A stretch of DNA of 64,000 nt from Octopus sinensis. Lineage: Eukaryota. The stretch spans positions 57,288,001-57,352,000 of the forward strand of contig NC_043010.1 of the NCBI RefSeq assembly GCF_006345805.1, read 5' to 3'. Numbering within the stretch: the stretch's first letter is position 1; each line of letters begins with the position of its first letter. Positions 1-11,020 of the stretch are shown in pieces. The position numbers and the translations under genes were made by a program. The notes beneath the pieces are model-generated. The model was not told the origin of the DNA and searched no databases. It worked only from the letters and a program-made list of their open reading frames with translations.

Positions 1-398
1 TGTGTGTGTGTGTGTGTGTATGAACACACTTACATGTCTATGCATGATCTCACATGCATGTGACTAATGTTTAATGAAAAATTAAAACGAGGTAAAAGAA
101 ATAATTGATGTGGTTGATGCCATGAATTTTTATCAGTATTTTATGGTTTTGGTCTGCAGAGTGAGACAGACAAGAATTCCATTGTGAGTTGGAATTTCCT
201 TGTTAATTGGAGGGAAAACAAAAAGTTTTGTGGCAGATGTTGGAGTCTCATAAAAATGGGAGACAATTTAGCAAAATTAATTTATGCATTTAGTGTTACA
301 TCCTGTTTGGTTTTTGCATGTGTGAATAGATTTGTTGGGGCCAGTTTCTACACAAAGACCATATGTAGCAAGGGGATGCCGAGACAGAATAGTATAAT

Positions 399-752
399 TT
401 ACTCTTTTAGTAATTTCAGTCATTTGGCTGCGGCCATGCTGGAGCACCACCTTTAGTCTAACTAATTGACCCTAGCACTCATCCTTTGTAAATCTAATAT
501 TTATCCTATAGGTCTCTTTTGCTGAACTGCTAAGGTACGGGGACATAAACACACCAGCATCGGTTGTCAAGTGATAGTGGGGGGACAAACACAGACACAC
601 ACAATGGGCTTCTTTCAGTTTCAATTGTCATCTCACAAAGATTTGGTCGGTCCAAGGGTATAGTAGAAGACACTTGCTCAAAGTACCCCGTGGTGGAACT
701 GAACCTGGAACCATATGGTTGGTAAGCAAGCTACTTACCACACAGCCACTGC
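399..752 (-). mobile_element. tRNA-derived CORE-type SINE (octopus OR-like family)
   Basis: Reverse copy of the family with head GGAGTGGCTGTGTGGTAAG..GGTTCAGTCCC (A/B box), a CORE-like CTTGGGCAAGTGTCTT segment and tail CAGCATGGCCGCAGTCAAATGACTGAAAC. Confidence 0.8.
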
Positions 753-1122
753 ATGCTAAGCAGTGTCATGAATTTTTTAATCAGTTCACATATGTTTGAA
801 CATATTTCACTCATAAAAAGGCCAGTTTTCCTTGTGGCTTGCCATGGAGAAAATTCCTGCTTTAGACAATAGATGCCAGAATGGCATCAGCCACCTTGGG
901 AGACCATTCGGTACATAAATGAATGCATTTCTAGCTATTTGTCTATCATCACTTCTGGATGCACCATGAGGGAGAGAGAAACCAAAGATGATTTAGGAAG
1001 CTGTAGTTTCATTTATAGAAAATCAACAAAAAGGTATTTGCCAGTTCATGTGACCACCCACCCGGCCGGAATAAGAAATACGTTAAACAGGGTCTTCAAC
1101 TAAACAAACTTTTAAAGTCAAT

Positions 1123-1148
1123 TCAGTTAAGTTTCTGATATATTTGAT
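1123..1148 (-). CDS. Candidate terminal micro-exon of the protocadherin (DQIYQKLN*)
   Basis: Strong acceptor ttttcctttctacag| at 1149/1148. A phase-1 join to exon 2 gives GAT CAA ATA TAT CAG AAA CTT AAC TGA. No transcript support is available. Confidence 0.3.
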
Positions 1149-1215
1149 CTGTAGAAAGGAAAATTTTAATGTGATTTGCAATGGAGATAATTCTTGCTTT
1201 TGCAATATATGTATA

Positions 1216-2198
1216 CATCATCCTCATCATCATTTAACATCTACTTTCCATGCTAGCATGGGTTGGACGATTTGACTGAGGACTGGCAACCAGATGGCTG
1301 CACCAGGCTCCAATCTGATCTGGCAGGGTTTCTACAGCTGGATGCCCTTCCTAACGCCAACCCCTCCGAGAGTGTGGTGGATGCTTTTTTGTGCCACTGG
1401 CACAAGGCACAGTCTGGCGGTACTGGCAATAGCCATGCTCAAGTGGTGTTTTTTACATGCCACCTGCACAGGAGCTAGTCCAGCGGCACTGGCAACGACC
1501 TCGCTGGAATGTTTTAAACGTGCCGCCGGCACAAGTGCCAGTAAAGCGACACTGGTAACGATTACATTTGAACGGTGCTTTTTATGTGCCACCGGCATGG
1601 AAGCCAGTCTGCTGCTTTGGCAGATGGTGCTCTTAACATTCCACATATATAGTTTGAGTGAGGGCTGGTGAGCCAGAAGGCTGCACCAGGCTCCAATCTG
1701 ATCTGGCCAAGTTTCTACAGCTGGAATGCTCTTCCTAACACCAACCACTCTGACAGTGTAGGGAATGCTATAATGTGCCACCAGTACGAGGGCCAGTCTG
1801 GCGGTAGTGGCAACAGCCATGCTCAAATGGTGTTTTTCACGTTCCACCTGCACAGGAGCCAGTCAGGCGGCACTGGCAATGATTACACTCAAATGGTGCT
1901 TTTATTGTTCCACTGGCACGGGTGCCAGTTGGACGGTATTGTCATTGGCCACGACAACGATTTCACTTGCCTCAATAGGTCTTTGCAAGTGGAGATTATT
2001 GCCCAATGTTTGAAGGGTACTCTTAAATGGGCTGGTTATGCAGCACTGGCATAGGCCATGGTTAGGGTCTCACTTGGCTTGCCGAATCTTCTCAAGCACA
2101 GCATATCTCCAAAGGTCTTGGTCACTTGTCATTGCCTCGGAAAGGCCCAATGTTCGAAGGTCATGCTTCACCACCTCATCCCAGGTCTTCCTGGGTCT
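1216..2198 (-). mobile_element. RTE-clade LINE 3' end (ORF end plus modular 3'UTR plus (GAT)n tail)
   Basis: The minus strand at about 2060-2198 encodes RPRKTWDEVVKHDLRTLGLSEAMTSDQDLWRYAVLEK. The 3'UTR has repeated GTGCC-ACC-GGCAC modules and there is a (CAT)n tail at 1216. Confidence 0.8.
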
Positions 2199-2203
2199 AT
2201 ATG

Positions 2204-2238
<35 letters not shown>

Positions 2239-2561
2239 CTTGTGAAACCATAGAATTGTATCTAAAAAGATTTGCTTCAGCTTTATTTGGTGGAGGTTGA
2301 TGAGTCAGTAGTGTGGAGTTTTCTTGGATTGTAGGTAAGACCAAAAAGGTATACGAAAGACAAGTAGCTGTCTTTTTGAATAAAGAAGATTTAATTGTAT
2401 CATAAACCTTGATGCTACAGCCCAACATGATGAGAAATAGTATTATTCAACTTATTGCTTAAAATTACACTTTAACATCCCAAAATATTTTCTATATTCA
2501 GTGTGTAGACACTTTCCCACCATAAATATCACAAATACTAGCGAATTGTGGCTGTGTGGTA

Positions 2562-2708
2562 GGCGCAGGAGTGGCTGTGTGGTAAGTAGCTTGCTTACCA
2601 ACCACATGATTCCAGGTTCAGTCCCACTGCATGGTGTCTTCTACTATAGCCTCAGGCCGACCAAAGCCTTGTGAGTGGATTTGGTAGATGGAAACTGAAA
2701 GAAGCCTG

Positions 2709-2754
<46 letters not shown>

Positions 2755-2972
2755 ATATATGTGTTTGTGTGTCTGTGTTTGTCCTCCCCAACATCGCTTG
2801 ACAACCAATGCTGGTGTATTTATGTCCCCGTTACTTAGCAGTTTGGCAATAGAGACTGATAAAATAAGTACTAGGCTTATAAAGAATAAGTCATGGGGTC
2901 GATTTGCTCAACTAAAGGCGGTGCTCCAGTATGGCCAAAAACAAATGACTGAAACAAGTAAAAGAGTAAAGG
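2562..2972 (+). mobile_element. tRNA-derived CORE-type SINE with internal (TA)n/(TG)n tract
   Basis: Full head-CORE-microsatellite-tail structure, same family as 399-752 and 61980-62397. Confidence 0.85.
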
Positions 2973-3506
2973 AGTATTTCTGTAAAAATATATGGGGGAA
3001 ATAAGCCATCCCTAACTAGTTGAATTTTTTACCATTACACACCTGTAATATTCCTACTACCTTCTAACAAAATGTTTGATATCTTTCAATATCTGCAGTT
3101 TACCATGCAAAAGCCCCCTTTACTGATAAAATCACCCCCAGAAGTTAAAATCCTTGCAAAACAAGGTATTCTCAGTGCATTCATACTTTTAATATTTCTC
3201 ACAGATATTATAACAAAACCTTGTCCAAATGCACCTGGAATTTAATGGGCAAAATCCATTGTTGAACATGCATTGCCACACAAACAGGATGTGGAGTTGT
3301 TATGTTTGTTTACTAAAAGAAAAAAAACTAAGGATTCTATTATAAGATATCAATGCTGTCAATAAGAAATACAAAGTTTTGCAGACAGAATGGCAAATTT
3401 GACAAAGGAATTTTAAATTACTTACTGCTTAATAAATTTTTTTCTCACTGATATACTGGAAGGAAGAAGATTTTGCTCTACAGAATATGTTTGGGGATGT
3501 GTGTGT

Positions 3507-3550
<44 letters not shown>

Positions 3551-3611
3551 CTACATTTGAGAATAAGTCTTTAAGTATACATGATGAAAATGTGCATATG
3601 TAAAAACATAC

Positions 3612-3649
<38 letters not shown>

Positions 3650-3808
3650 TGTGTGTGTTATATATTTTATATATGCATATATATACAATATATATATATA
3701 TATATAGGCATATACATATATATATATACATGCATATATATATATATATATATCATCATCATCGTTTAAGCGGACGTTAAACGATGATGATGATATATAT
3801 ATATATAT

Positions 3809-3908
<100 letters not shown>

Positions 3909-4839
3909 GTGTGTGTGTATATATATATGAATAACATATATATATATATATATATGCATATATACACATATATGTACATACATCTATACATATATATACA
4001 TATGCATATGTGGGCACAGGGCATCATATATATATACAGAGATACACATATATATATGTGTGTGTGTATATGTATAAATAATATAGAAATACACACATAC
4101 ATACGCATAAACATGTAAGCATACCTGCATATGCACAAACACACATACACACACATTTATATATTTGAAAATATATGCGTTTATAACTAAATATAGAAAT
4201 ATTTATGTATATAGCTGTACATGACAGTGTGTGTGTCTATATAATTATACATGAGAACACCTAAAGGTAAAAATATATATTCATATAACAATACATAAAG
4301 ACATGTGTATATTTAATTATACATGAAGATGTATGTGCATGTGTATGTATATAATATACATGAAAATGCATGTATGCACACAAGCACACATGTATATATA
4401 TATTCTGAAACATCTATAGGAAAATATCAGAAATTGTGAAATGACCAGGAGAAAGCCAGACAATCAAAGAGAATGATTTATATCTGGCATGGTCTGGTAT
4501 TAACAGTTCAGTGACCTGTATGGGTCAAAGGTGAATAATGGACAGTGGAGTTGGTTAAAATTGCAGTGTTTGATAGTGATCAGGTGAGAAATTGTGTGGA
4601 CCAAATATTGACCAGTATCTCTGGACATTGAAGCTGAAGAGGCAGTGGTTCTAAACATACATATACATACATACATATATATACATGTGTATACACACAC
4701 ACACACACACAGTATATATAATATAACTATATATGTATATATATATACACTCACACATATATATACATATATATATATATATTTTTTCTTTTAGTTTCAG
4801 CTCAGAGCTGCGGCCATGCTGATGCACGCTGATATGGAT

Positions 4840-4889
4840 ATGGAGTGCCATGATGGATATATATAATACATATATATACATTATATATA

Positions 4890-4963
<74 letters not shown>

Positions 4964-4970
4964 TATATAT

Positions 4971-5046
<76 letters not shown>

Positions 5047-5052
5047 TATATA
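4840..5052. repeat. (TA)n microsatellite
   Basis: Directly visible. Confidence 0.95.
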
Positions 5053-5058
5053 GATAAA

Positions 5059-5288
5059 GGCGGCCAGCTGGCAGAATCGTTAGCACGCCAGGCGAAATGC
5101 GTAGCCGTATTTCGTCTGTCTTGACGTTCTGAGTTCAAATTCCGCCGAGGTCAACTTTGCCTTTCATCCTTTCGGGGTCAATAAATTAAGTACCAGTTAC
5201 GCACTGAGGTCGATGTAATCGACTTAATCCCTTTGTCTGTCCTTGTTTGTCCCTTCTGTGTTTAGCCCCTTGTGGGTAGTAAAAAAAC
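5059..5288 (+). mobile_element. tRNA-derived SINE with Meta-like central domain
   Basis: Head GGCGGCCAGCTGGCAGAATCG..GAGTTCAAATTCC (A/B box) and central GCCTTTCATCCTTTCGGGGTCAATAAATTAAGTACCAG. Many other copies occur in the window. Confidence 0.8.
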
Positions 5289-5309
5289 ATATATATATAT
5301 ATCCATCGT

Positions 5310-5540
5310 GGCACTCCGTCGCTTACGACGATGAGGGTTCCAGTTGATCCTATCAATGGAACAGCTTGCTCGTGAAATTAACGTGCAAGTTGCTGAGCAC
5401 TTCACAGACCCGTGCACCCTTAACGTAGTTCTCAGGGAGATTCAGCATGACAGAGTGTGACAAGGCTGGCCCTTTGAAATGCAGGTGCAACAGAAAGAGG
5501 AAGAAAGAGTGAGAGAAAATTGTGGTGAAAGAGTACAGCC
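5310..5540 (-). mobile_element. Third SINE-like family fragment
   Basis: Homologous to 57780-58080 and to 5745-5800 in the opposite orientation (GTGACAAGGCTGGCCCTTT shared with 57780-58080). Confidence 0.6.
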
Positions 5541-5928
5541 CTGCCTGTCTGGCTCTTCATGTCAGTGGCACATAAAAAGCACCAGTGGCACGTAAAAAGA
5601 TATAGCTGCGGGGTAAGAAGTTTTTTTTCCAACCACATGGTTCCTGGCTCAATCCTGCTGTGTGGCACCTTGGGCAAGTGTCTTCTATAGCCTTAGGCTG
5701 ACCAAAGCCTTGTGAGTGGATTTGCTAGATGGAAACTGAAAGGTGCTCCGTCCATCGTATCAGCTGGAACCCTTGTTGTTGTAACCGATGGAGTGCTCCT
5801 CCTCCATATATATATGTATGCATATATATATATATGTATAATATATATATGTATATATATATATATGTACATGTATCATATGTATATAGATGTATATATT
5901 ATATATCTATATATATATATAGATATTC

Positions 5929-5979
<51 letters not shown>

Positions 5980-6044
5980 TTTTATAGTTTGCTTGAAGCA
6001 TTGTATATGGAATATAATGCTGAAAGATTTAAAAGGCCAAACAA

Positions 6045-6062
6045 TGTATGTATGCATGTAAG

Positions 6063-6096
<34 letters not shown>

Positions 6097-6110
6097 TGTA
6101 TGTATGTATG

Positions 6111-6141
<31 letters not shown>

Positions 6142-6165
6142 GTATGTATGTATGTATGTATGTAT
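6045..6165. repeat. (TATG)n microsatellite
   Basis: Directly visible. Confidence 0.95.
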
Positions 6166-6518
6166 AATGGTATAAAGGCATAAACTGGCAGTCAGCAGGT
6201 ATCAAGTCTGTTTATAACATATATATATATATATATATATATAAGGGAGAGAATTGGTTGAAAACTACAGTTTTTAGAGAAAAACCTGTGTGAAACACCA
6301 TTTCCTCCAGTTTCTTGCTTTTTGTAGGAGCTCTGGGTAAGACAGTATAGTGCTGACCATCTTAGGCACATAGTAATGTGTGTGTAAAGTTTGGTGAAAA
6401 TTGGTTGAAAACTGAAGAAATGCATACATATCACACACACAGACACACACAGACATCCTTTGTTTTATATATATAGATTAAACAAGGAATAAAGAAATTA
6501 AAAAAAAATTTAACCAAC

Positions 6519-6774
6519 CTGGAATTTCTTCATACTGACTCTCCTTCCATGCCAGTTCATTCTCTCCTACTCCTACTCCACCTCCTCCTCCTCCTCCTCG
6601 TGTTGATTCATACTGACTCTCCTTCCATGCCAGTTCACATTCCCCTCCTCCTCCACCTCCTCCTCCACCGCCTCCTCGTGTTGATAATGTGTCACTGAGG
6701 TAACTTGCAACAGTCACTGCATTCTGTTCTGTTGGTTCACCATATGATGTCACAGTTATAGGCCGGTTGTATAA
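6519..6774 (-). CDS. Protocadherin coding exon 2 (cytoplasmic: LYNRPITVTSYGEP...WKESQYEEIP)
   Basis: Acceptor catctccttcag|TTA at 6775/6774 is phase 0 and matches the exon-1 donor. Donor CCAG|GTTGGT at 6519/6518. The 256 nt are open, non-microsatellite coding sequence inside ORF 6478-6954. Confidence 0.75.
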
Positions 6775-7056
6775 CTGAAGGAGATGATAATATGTGTGTT
6801 TATATACACAAATATATATGTGTCTGTTTGTGCGTAAATATATACATATGTGTGTGTGCGTATATGAATGCTGGAGTGTTAAAGAGTGAGAAAGGTGCTC
6901 AATATGTGTTCGAATATATGGTTTATGGAAACTAAACTTTTTTTTGTGACTCATGTTTCATGTTACTACAATCATCAGGTGAGGTTCTCACCTGAAGATC
7001 ACTGTAGAATGAAACTTGTATCACAAGATAAAAATATGGAAAATATAGGTTCAATA

Positions 7057-7104
<48 letters not shown>

Positions 7105-7186
7105 AATTATTGAAGAGGACAACATGGGTTAAGGCAAGGCAAACATCTCAAGTCATATACAGTATTATTACAGGAAGAAATTCAAA

Positions 7187-7242
7187 ACCTTACAGCTGTT
7201 TCTGGGATATCCTTGAATATGGGATATTCCGTCATCAGAGAC
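7187..7242 (-). ncRNA. Minimal type-I hammerhead ribozyme motif (PLE-associated), slightly degenerate
   Basis: gtct CTGATGA cggaatatcc-catattcaa-ggatatccca GAAAC agct GTA aggt. Stem I has two G-U pairs and the base of stem II is a C-A mismatch. Same family as 60674-60749. Confidence 0.6.
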
Positions 7243-7440
7243 AAATAGGGAAACCCCCATACTTTGCGTATACATATATATATAATCATTTATGTGTAGA
7301 TATATGTGCATATATGCGCAGATGATACCACTCTTAACCAAATTATACCTCACTTCTCGTTAAGCTTCAACACAGCTCTCATCCACTCACAAGCTAAACA
7401 CCAGATATACATTGAATCAATGAATGACTATGTATGTGTG

Positions 7441-7618
7441 CATCATCATCATCCTCATCACCATCATCATCATCATCATCGTCGTCGTCGTTGTCGTCGT
7501 CATCATCATCATCATCATCGTCGTCGTCATCATCATCATCATCATCATCATCGTCGTCTTTATCATCATCATCATCATCATCATCATCCTCATCATCATC
7601 ACCATCATCATCATCATT
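7441..7618. repeat. (CAT)n/(CGT)n trinucleotide array, expanded tail of an RTE 3' fragment (7619-7790)
   Basis: Directly visible; it abuts TTTTCCATGCTGGCAAGGGTTGG, the RTE 3' terminus. Confidence 0.85.
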
Positions 7619-8202
7619 TGGTGTCTGTTTTCCATGCTGGCAAGGGTTGGGTGGTTTGACAAGAGCAGGTAAGTCTGTCTGTTTTGTTTCTATGGCTGGA
7701 TGCCTTTCCTAATGCCTACCACTTTACAGAGTTACTGTATGCTTTTTATGTATTCTGACACCAGTACCTTTTACATAGCACCAACACTAGCGCTCTTTAT
7801 GTGACACCAACACCATACTTGAAAAACAAATAAGGGTTAACAATATGGACGACATTTGACTGTAAAACAAAGCCACATTGATACATTTGTCTAACCCATG
7901 CTGACATAGAAAAACGGGTGTAAAACAAGTGAATGCTACATTTGTTGTTATGTAACGATCCGGAGAAGACGCACTCAATGTAAGGTGCAGTAGTTTTGTA
8001 CAACCCAGTCCAGTTGTTTGACCGTTGGAAGTTTCTATCATTGGATTGGACCATGTTATGTGTGTGTGGGTTTGTTTATGTTTATTAATCCAGTCATTCT
8101 ACTCCTGCAAACACCTCTCATTTGCAATCATTCTTCCACACTCACACAGACATATGCATATAGAAACACAGGCATTGAGGAACCTTAATATACATGCACA
8201 CA

Positions 8203-8240
<38 letters not shown>

Positions 8241-8427
8241 CACACACACACTAATAGTTAACTAGGCATCTATACATCCCCATGCACATACACATGTATT
8301 GAAGCACATAGAGAAAGAGAGAGAAGGAGAGAGAAGAAAGAAGAGGGAAGAATAAGAGAAGGAAGGACAGAGTGTAAGAGAGAGAGAGGGAAAAAGAAAG
8401 AGAGAAGAAGAGTGAGGAGGGGAGAGA

Positions 8428-8465
<38 letters not shown>

Positions 8466-8563
8466 GAAAAGAGAAAAATGAAGGAGAATTGACTTTTGTA
8501 ATTATGAATTGAAATTAGCAAGAAATTAATTTTAGTTGATTAAATATGAAGAAGTTATCTTAC

Positions 8564-10942
8564 CAAAGCTGAATTCTTCCAGTCTGTGAGGGATTTCATT
8601 TCTGGATAAAACTGGTTTGTTGATTCAAGTGATAGAGAATTTCTGTTTAGAAGTTGTTGCGTGTTCCTCGCCATAAGAATAGGATTGCTATTTGTTTGGT
8701 AAATTAATTGTCTCATTTCTGTCCTTGATTGGTAGGGCTGTGCCTCCCCTTGTCTCATTAATACATTTCTATTATTATTAAACCTTATTATACACAAAGT
8801 AATTGCAATGACAACCGCTACAGACACCACCACGGCTGCCACGACTATAATTATAACCCAGGTAAGATTTATCATGTTATCTGATTGTAAAGGGACCGAT
8901 ACAAACATCGTTGATGTGCTGTTACTAACAGTCAGAGTTAGCGAGATAGTTGTGGTAGCAGACAAAACCGGACTGCCACTGTCTTTGATGGCAAACACTA
9001 AATTATAAGTTCCTACATCATTTTGGTAAACTGGCCGTGAGAAAGCTAACAACCCTGTGTAGTGATTGACCGTAAACAAGAGTTTATTATTGCCACTTAG
9101 TATTTCATACTTAAGAAAGGCATTATTGCCACTGTCCCTGTCAGAGGCCCTTAGTACAGTGATGTCACTCTTACTCTGGGGATGGTAGTGGACATCAAGA
9201 TTAAACGGGTCAACACTAGGAAACGTGAAATAGGGAGCATTGTCATTTTCATCTAAAACTTCCACAACAACATTGGCTGTGTTATTTAAAGCTATTTTCC
9301 CATTGTCTTTAACCAAAACTTGAAATTTGTAAATATTTTGTTGTTCTCTGTCTAAAGTTTCTGATGTTGAAATAAAACCATAATCAGTGATGTGGAATGG
9401 TAAGTTAAAATTATTGTTGTTAGAAATAAGTGCGTAAGTTAAGAGACCACCTGAGCCTAGATCTGGGTCTGTAGCATTGACGAAACCGATTGGGAAATTT
9501 GCCTCCTCGTTTTCATAGGTGAGAAACTGGAAAGTTTCTTTGGTAAACTGTGGTCGTACATCGTTGATGTCAGTAACATGGATAGAGAAGGCTTTTTCTG
9601 CTTTAAGGGAAGGGAAACCTTTATCCTGACAAACGATGGTTACATTGAAGTTGTCTTTGATTTCCCTGTCAACTTGACTTTTCATAACAACTTTAAATTC
9701 TTTTGGCCCCATGGATTGTAGTTTAAATTTATTGTCTTTGATATCACAGCTGACCTCTCCATTTTGTCCCACATCATTGTCAGTGACCATCACATAAGCA
9801 ATGAAACTACCAACTTTGATGTCTTCAGAAATGGTAGCTGTGTTGTCACTGATTGCAGACACATAATCAATGTCAATAGATGGAGGATTGTTGTGTTGGT
9901 TGATAACATTTACCAGAACTGTTGCTATGGAAGTAAGTGGAGGACTACCTCCATCTTTGGCTTCAATATATAATTTATAAGGCAATTTATCATTTAATTT
10001 TGGACTCTGTATTAAAACAACCTCTCCAGTTCTTGAATTTAATAAAAAGTACTTTTTGGCAATGTCTGATGTTTTCGGACTGAAGTGATAAGTAACTTTA
10101 GCATTATTATTTATGTCCAAATCAACAGCAGACAAAAGAATCACAGGTGTTTTTAATTTGTGAGTGTGTTTTATTGTAATGTTGTAAATGTTTGGGGAAA
10201 AAATTGGTCTGTTATCATTTTCATCTTTTACAGAAATTCTAACATTCAAAATACTTTGCTTTGGTTTGGAGCCTTTGTCAGTTGCGACAATTTGAATTCT
10301 ATAATTATCTTTTGCTTCTCGGTCAAGTCTTTTCTCTAAGACTATTCCAAGAGTAGAGATTCCATCAGCTCTTCGAGACACAAACAAAGAAAATATATTT
10401 TCATTCCTAATCTCATTTCTTAATTTGTAAGAAATTTGAGAATTGAGGAGGCTGACATCTTTGTCAATGGCATTTGGAATAGATTTTACCATTCCTACAG
10501 CATCACCTTCAGAAAACTGAAGCGAGATCTCTTTATCAGGAAACTCTGGTCGATTGTCGTTGATATCCTCTATAATCACTTTAACTTTGAGTATCTTCAT
10601 AAAGGTTTTCGCTTTGCGGATGGCAACTTTAATGATTCTAAAACATTCCGTATAGTCCGTACAAAGGGATTCAGCATCCAGAACCTGGGCTGTGTACAGT
10701 TTACCATTCTTGGTCACATTGAATAATTGACTCTTCGTTGATATTTTCCGCCTCAGTTCACTAAAACTGAGATCGGTATTTTCTGATGTCATTTCATCGA
10801 ACATGTGTGAATCCATTGCAATATCTCCAATGAAACTTCCTGAGTGTTTCTCTTCTTCCACGTAATAAATGATATCAACACACAGGCATACATGGAATAA
10901 ACAGTATATATATGATATCAGTATATACATAGAAACCAACAT
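8564..10942 (-). CDS. Protocadherin, large coding exon (signal peptide, EC1-EC6, TM, start of cytoplasmic tail)
   Basis: ORF 8555-10978. The likely start MLVSMYILISY (ATG at 10942) precedes a hydrophobic signal peptide. Cadherin motifs DAE/DRE, DxD and DxNDNxP are repeated six times, followed by TM WVIIIVVAAVVVSVAVVIAITLCII. Donor TTG|GTAAGA at 8564/8563 (phase 0). Confidence 0.95.
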
Positions 10943-11000
10943 GGTTCTTGGCAAAGTTCTTTTATTGAAGCCATGCACTCTTGGAATCTAGGAAACCTTT

Positions 11001-11020
11001 CTGAAAGAGAACAAAACATT
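11001..11020 (-). promoter_or_regulatory. Splice acceptor upstream of the protocadherin start (5'UTR intron)
   Basis: The minus strand reads gttttgttctctttcag|aaagg, 58 nt upstream of the ATG at 10942. Confidence 0.6.

Noticed and set aside
4500-4650. Alternative exon-3 candidate (tgtttag|aacc)
   Set aside because: The acceptor is weak and embedded in microsatellite, and no frame gives a recognisable sequence.
10943-10978. Upstream in-frame ATG (MHGFNKRTLPRT)
   Set aside because: The residues are hydrophilic and precede the signal peptide, so the ATG at 10942 fits better. The upstream ATG cannot be fully excluded.
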